A stretch of DNA of 64,000 nt from Candidatus Hadarchaeota archaeon (GTDB lineage Archaea > CAYQAE01 > CAYVLA01): assembly GCA_964452145.1 (NCBI GenBank), contig CAYVLA010000003.1:45020-109019 (forward strand). The letters are read 5' to 3'. Positions 59,091 to 64,000 of the stretch are shown piece after piece. The notes under the pieces are model-generated. The model ran no database searches, was not told the origin of the DNA, and was given only the letters and a program-made list of their open reading frames with translations. Position 1 is the stretch's first letter; each line of letters starts with the position of its first letter. The translations under genes and the position numbers were made by a program.

Positions 59091-59453
59091 ATCATCCCTC
59101 TGGTCGCCGACTCAGCCGGCCCCTCGATCCCGGAGACCTGCTTGGGTCCGCATGACCGACTTGCCAAGAGAGGTAGAAAAGGATTGGGGTGCTCCGCGGC
59201 CAGAATCCCTCGATTTCTCCCGATGATTTGCGTGGTTACCAAACACTTGTCCATGATGTTTGGGACGATCGCCCAGGAATCTGGGATGTCTCCCATCAAT
59301 GTGCAGGGAATGACTACTCTGGCACATTGTTGGCCATCGGTAACGTGGGGCATGGACTGGGAGGGAATCGGGCTGAGTCTGGTCAAAGACGTGACGCATC
59401 CAAGAGATACCTCGATGCGCTGGGCCGAGGCCTCTTCGGCCACGGCGCCGTGC

Positions 59454-60434
59454 CTAGCTCTCCGCAACTTTTCGCCGGAAGGTGAGCCAGTATACCCCGG
59501 CGCACCCGATGCATCCCCCTGCGATCGCTGCAACATTCCTCGAGAGGCGTGCTCGTGCGGCTGCGCGTTCCCGCTTCTCGGAGGCCTGACGCAGAGAATC
59601 GATGTGGTCGGCCCTATCTCGATAGTACTGCTGGGCCCTGGCCAGGCCTTCTTCAAACTTGCCTTCGCTGGTCCAGATCCAGTAAAGCGAGTTGGTCAGG
59701 AGGGTCTGGAACTCGGATCGGTTGACGAAGAGCCCGTGGTAGCTTGGGCTCTTCTGCACATCGTCGCCCCCGAAGGTGGCAAAGCTGATCGACACGCCCT
59801 GGTCTCTGTATTTCACCATCAAGGGGGCCCCCGTGCTCGCCTCTCTGAACAGGACTTTGAATTCGCCAGATTTCGCCCATCTCTCCTCGTAGCTTTCCGT
59901 CGACTTGTTATAGCTAAGAACGAACTTGTGCTGGGGGATGCTGAAGCTCGATATTCCCTGGGATATCTCGTCCTCCTGCTCTTTGATGAACTCGATCACG
60001 AACCGCCTCGCGCCCGGGTCATACTGCCCGGTCCAGTACATGTTCCCGAAGATCGGGAAGACGTCCTGGGAGGCGTTGCGGCTGGCCGACCAAATGCCTG
60101 CAAAGCCCATACCCAGCAGCCCCCCTCCGCTTCGGAAGAACCACTCCAAGGTCCGGTTTAGGTCCTCTCCTGTGTCCGTCAGCAGTGTGACCAACCCTAC
60201 CTTCACGTCGGGGAAGAGCATCGTGACCTTGAAGTCCACCAGTTCGTTACATGTCCGGATCCTGGCCCCCTCGAACCCGCCGTCCTCCTCGATGATCCTC
60301 GCCAGGGCCTGTCCGTAGCCCGGCGCATTCGGCGAGTAGATGAGTATCACGGGTGCCGGCGAGTCCTCGGGCTCGGCCGCCGTGGCGGAGACGAGCAACA
60401 TCAGCGCCGAGAGGACAAAGGCGAGCTGACGCAT
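59454..60434 (-). CDS. Secreted protein with C-terminal TM anchor (possible GATase/ThuA-like fold)
   Basis: Signal peptide from ATG 60434, GGGLLGMG, helical stalk, TM + RRK. Confidence 0.65.
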   Translation of the reverse strand: MRQLAFVLSALMLLVSATAAEPEDSPAPVILIYSPNAPGYGQALARIIEEDGGFEGARIRTCNELVDFKVTMLFPDVKVGLVTLLTDTGEDLNRTLEWFFRSGGGLLGMGFAGIWSASRNASQDVFPIFGNMYWTGQYDPGARRFVIEFIKEQEDEISQGISSFSIPQHKFVLSYNKSTESYEERWAKSGEFKVLFREASTGAPLMVKYRDQGVSISFATFGGDDVQKSPSYHGLFVNRSEFQTLLTNSLYWIWTSEGKFEEGLARAQQYYRDRADHIDSLRQASEKRERAAARARLSRNVAAIAGGCIGCAGVYWLTFRRKVAES

Positions 60435-60667
60435 CGCAAAGATTGACAGCACCACTTTGATAACTATTACACCGGCATCTTGGGGCGGTGTCCATCTTCC
60501 GGCACGGATTCACGCGCGGCAGTCCGGGGGCTTCTCCTTCCTGGGACGGCCTCAGATCGGCCGGGCCCTGATCACATGTGGGCCCGCACATAGCTGCATG
60601 AGCGCCCGCCTGAAGAAGTAGTTATTAACGGAGGCCGCAGCGCGACGTGGGATGAGGGGGCTCGGCC

Positions 60668-61513
60668 TTGATCGATAGAAGGCTTGTGGGAATCCTCACC
60701 ATGGCGGCCATAGCCTCAAGTTCGCTTTCGATTCTCCTCTTCGCTCGCACAGCGGAAGAGGACATCAGGATGGTCAAGAACCATTGGGACACCCTAACGC
60801 TCGAGGGCTGGAGACAACTACCGCTTTCGGAGCGGGCCGTTCCGTATACGCTAGGCCTAGTCGCGAGAAAGCCTCTGGGCGAGGTTTCGATAAGGTTTGG
60901 GGTCCTCAGGAACCAGACCTTCCGGGCTAACTACACGGGATGGGAGGATCTGACACCCAAGGAGAAGGCGGTCAGAATCGGGAACTTGGCCTTCCTGGAT
61001 TCCCGCGCCCAAGACGTCTCCGAATCGATGGATGTTGCACCGATGGAACAGTGGGCAGATGTGGCTCTGCGGGACCGGCGGGCCCGGGTTCTGGTGCTCG
61101 ATTACCATCCCTTCCTGGCCGCTCTGGCCGATCCAGGCCTGGTGATTGGGCTGCCCTGCCTCTTCGCCTTCGTCTTCGACGACTCAGGGAACATCTCCCA
61201 GTTCTATTCCGGCTACTGGGACTTCTTTCAGGCCCGCGCGACCAGCGTACTGGACCTCACCATCCAGCTTAACGACAATGCCACAAGATATGCCAACCAG
61301 CAGAACATGGTCGAAGGCTCTCTCCCCCTCAGCATGACGACCCAGATGGGAGGGGAGGTCATCTTCCGCGACCTGAGAAAGGATGACCGGATGTTCGTTA
61401 CCTTCAGGGTCAACGGAGGGGCCGTGCCCGGGCTCGAGGCGCTCATGCAGATCATCCGCCTGCAGGTCGACGGGGAGTATCTGGATCCGACGGTCAACAT
61501 CCTCCGTAGATGA
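60668..61513 (+). CDS. Hypothetical N-terminally anchored protein
   Basis: 281-aa ORF, N-terminal TM, TTATTAA TATA at ~60622, GAGGGGG RBS. Confidence 0.65.
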   Translation: MIDRRLVGILTMAAIASSSLSILLFARTAEEDIRMVKNHWDTLTLEGWRQLPLSERAVPYTLGLVARKPLGEVSIRFGVLRNQTFRANYTGWEDLTPKEKAVRIGNLAFLDSRAQDVSESMDVAPMEQWADVALRDRRARVLVLDYHPFLAALADPGLVIGLPCLFAFVFDDSGNISQFYSGYWDFFQARATSVLDLTIQLNDNATRYANQQNMVEGSLPLSMTTQMGGEVIFRDLRKDDRMFVTFRVNGGAVPGLEALMQIIRLQVDGEYLDPTVNILRR

Positions 61514-61871
61514 CCCCACATGCCGCCTGCCGTAGGACGACCCCCCCTCTTCTGACCGGTCAGAGCGCAGGAAGGAATGTGTCAGGCTGTGTCTCGGAGC
61601 GGGCGGTGCCCCGCGATGCGGCTCGGCGGCGCAGCGTGGGCCTTGAGTCTTGCCTATTCGAAGTTCAGGCAATGCTCATTTGATCTCGATCCCTAGGGGA
61701 ATCGCACCGCCACGCTCGTCGGGAAACGCGTGTCCGTTTCTCTCGACTATGCTGGACCCCGTGCGCCTAGCGTGTGCTCGTAACAAGGGGCTTGTTGATT
61801 GGCTGGCTACGTAACTCGAAGCTGCGCGGCTCGACGGCGCGCACACGACCGATGAACTAGGAGCGCTTTCG

Positions 61872-64000
61872 TCACCTCTTCCTGCGGGAAAGCAGGCAGA
61901 GAGCGAGCATTGCGGCCGGAACTGCCGCTGCTGGGAGGATGGGGACCGAGGGCGGAAATGCTGGCGGATCCATGATGTGGTCATCGTAGCCAGTGACCGG
62001 ATCACCGTCTCTGTCAGTCCCAGAGGCAGTAGCTGTGTTCACCAACGGGTCAGGAGCACCGACGGGAATCGTGTAATCAACCGTGAAGACCCAAACCTCG
62101 CCAAACTCGAGGATGCCGTCACCATCATCACCACTCAGGTAAGAAGCGGGACCCGCAACATCATCCACCACCGAAACACCGCTCACATCCGAACCATCCG
62201 AGGATGGATCATGCTGAACCGTGACCGTATAAGTCACCGTATCACCGACAGCAGCGGAACCGGGACCAGTCTTTGTGACGAGCAGGACCGGACTGATGCT
62301 CAAGAGCCAGCTGAACTGAACGTCCAAGGTGTGGTCATCGTAGCCAGTGACCGGGTCACCGTCTCTGTCAGTCCCAGAGGCAGTAGCTGTGTTCACCAAC
62401 GGGTCAGGAGCACCGACGGGAATCGTGTAATCAACCGTGAAGACCCAAACCTCGCCAAACTCGAGGATGCCGTCACCATCATCACCACTCAGGTAAGAAG
62501 CGGGACCCGCAACATCATCCACCACCGAAACACCGCTCACATCCGAACCATCCGAGGATGGATCATGCTGAACCGTGACCGTATAAGTCACCGTATCACC
62601 GACAGCAGCGGAACCGGGACCAGTCTTTGTGACGAGCAGGACCGGACTGATGCTCAAGAGCCAGCTGAACTGAACGTCCAAGGTGTGGTCATCGTAGCCA
62701 GTGACCGGGTCACCGTCTCTGTCAGTCCCAGAGGCAGTAGCTGTGTTCACCAACGGGTCAGGAGCACCGACGGGAATCGTGTAATCAACCGTGAAGACCC
62801 AAACCTCGCCAAACTCGAGGATGCCGTCACCATCATCACCACTCAGGTAAGAAGCGGGACCCGCAACATCATCCACCACCGAAACACCGCTCACATCCGA
62901 ACCATCCGAGGAGGGATCATGCTGAACCGTGACCGTATAAGTCACCGCATCACCGACATAGGCAGAACCCGGCCCCGCCTTCGTCACAAGCAAGACGGGG
63001 TTGTGTGCGATGGCAACGTCGACAAACGCGTCGTCATCCGCGGCCAGCACCGCACCCAGCGACTGGCCTCTTGCGGTGGCAACGTTCCTGTTGGGGCTGC
63101 TCGAATCGGCTGAAAGGGTGGGGAACGCTTCAAAGGTGACCGTGCAGGATTCGCCGGGATTCAAGACCCAACCACCGTTCCATGTCAGGACGTATCCGTC
63201 GGTCGGATTTCCGCCGATGGCTGGATCCGAAGGCGAGCCGCTGCCGGTCACATACTCCCAACCGGGCGGAAGCCTGTCAACCAAGTCGATCCCCGTTACA
63301 GCTGCATCCGCGGAGGCCGGAACCCTGATGACGATGGTGAATGTCGTCTTCGCACCGGTCACGACTTCAGCCGGGTTCGCTGACTTGTCGACTTCCAGTG
63401 CGACGTCCATCCATTCCATTGGAAACGGAAGACAGGCATAGCCCATGTCGAGGTATGGATCTGCGGATCCCGCCTTGATTGGGCTTTGTCCCCAAGCGAC
63501 TGCCACCGGAGCTGTGCTGACGACGTGCATGCCCGTGTTGTCCCCGTCCGGGTCATAGACCTCGATTGTCACAAGCCTATCCAGAAATATGGTCACGTCG
63601 AATACGCCGTCGTTGGGGCCGTAGTCTATGAAGACCGTTGTGCCATCGCTGACTGCCGTTATGTACACCGGAGAACCGTTATCGCTGAGGGTGCGGGTTC
63701 CAGGCGCCCAGCTCACGTAGTTCTCCGTTCCGAGAAACTCTTCGGGGACGAGGGAGTATCCCCAATCCCAGGAACTGGACTCGGTGTCGCATGAGGCAAT
63801 CCCCCAGAACACCGCCGAAGAGCTCAGATGGACGCCCGACGCCGTCGGGACATAATGCCCTGCGGCGGCTTGGAAGGACCGTGTTTCGCCTGCATCTATG
63901 TGGAAGGAGCCTGATCCGGACCGATCTTCCCAGCTGACCGTGATCCGGGTTGGATTGGGATTGTAGAGGAAGAGATCCGTGCGAGGGGTGTAGATCGTGG
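61872..64000 (-). CDS. Cell-surface protein with DUF11-like Ig repeats and C-terminal TM anchor (5' end beyond the window)
   Basis: The frame stays open from 63812 to the window edge. Contains a DUF11-like DKSANP...D.LP.G..Y domain, three 118-aa repeats, a Pro-rich linker, and TM + RRKR. Confidence 0.85.
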   Translation of the reverse strand, partial: TIYTPRTDLFLYNPNPTRITVSWEDRSGSGSFHIDAGETRSFQAAAGHYVPTASGVHLSSSAVFWGIASCDTESSSWDWGYSLVPEEFLGTENYVSWAPGTRTLSDNGSPVYITAVSDGTTVFIDYGPNDGVFDVTIFLDRLVTIEVYDPDGDNTGMHVVSTAPVAVAWGQSPIKAGSADPYLDMGYACLPFPMEWMDVALEVDKSANPAEVVTGAKTTFTIVIRVPASADAAVTGIDLVDRLPPGWEYVTGSGSPSDPAIGGNPTDGYVLTWNGGWVLNPGESCTVTFEAFPTLSADSSSPNRNVATARGQSLGAVLAADDDAFVDVAIAHNPVLLVTKAGPGSAYVGDAVTYTVTVQHDPSSDGSDVSGVSVVDDVAGPASYLSGDDGDGILEFGEVWVFTVDYTIPVGAPDPLVNTATASGTDRDGDPVTGYDDHTLDVQFSWLLSISPVLLVTKTGPGSAAVGDTVTYTVTVQHDPSSDGSDVSGVSVVDDVAGPASYLSGDDGDGILEFGEVWVFTVDYTIPVGAPDPLVNTATASGTDRDGDPVTGYDDHTLDVQFSWLLSISPVLLVTKTGPGSAAVGDTVTYTVTVQHDPSSDGSDVSGVSVVDDVAGPASYLSGDDGDGILEFGEVWVFTVDYTIPVGAPDPLVNTATASGTDRDGDPVTGYDDHIMDPPAFPPSVPILPAAAVPAAMLALCLLSRRKR
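61976..62990. repeat. Three tandem 354-bp near-identical intragenic repeats
   Basis: TCATCGTAGCCAGTGACCGG recurs at 61981, 62335 and 62689; only scattered substitutions until ~62945. Confidence 0.95.

Noticed and set aside
61977..63113. Plus-strand repeat ORF, or the repeats as a CRISPR array
   Set aside because: Antisense shadow of the surface protein; the repeats are 354-bp coding units without spacers

Overview
This is a GC-rich archaeal chromosomal segment. The HisKA/REC style and a multi-intron tRNA suggest Thermoproteota/TACK, possibly Bathyarchaeia-like, but that is inference. From left to right it contains: rpl7ae with a long charged tail; a clustered lower 'archaeal' (Aeropyrum-type) mevalonate pathway (mvk, UbiD-type decarboxylase, AcnX large and small subunits, fni, ipk); a helicase-only Hef; nadX-nadA-nadC; a tRNA-Gln(CUG) gene split by three BHB introns, which the ORF track misses; a 1419-aa membrane-anchored thioester protein (GCGEQ plus a C3/CD109-type catalytic His) next to a stomatin gene; a tightly coupled six-gene sugar(-acid) operon with a LarA-family enzyme; two ABC-2 exporters around a Grs/Gms-like radical SAM gene; a second sugar/aminotransferase locus; a ~13-kb signalling island (3 paralogous histidine kinases, stand-alone REC, KaiC/GvpD-like ATPase, two DUF835 proteins, Lrp); and a surface protein with near-identical 354-bp tandem repeats. 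No CRISPR array, rRNA, integrase or transposase was seen. All family calls come from motif recognition by eye, with no database searches.
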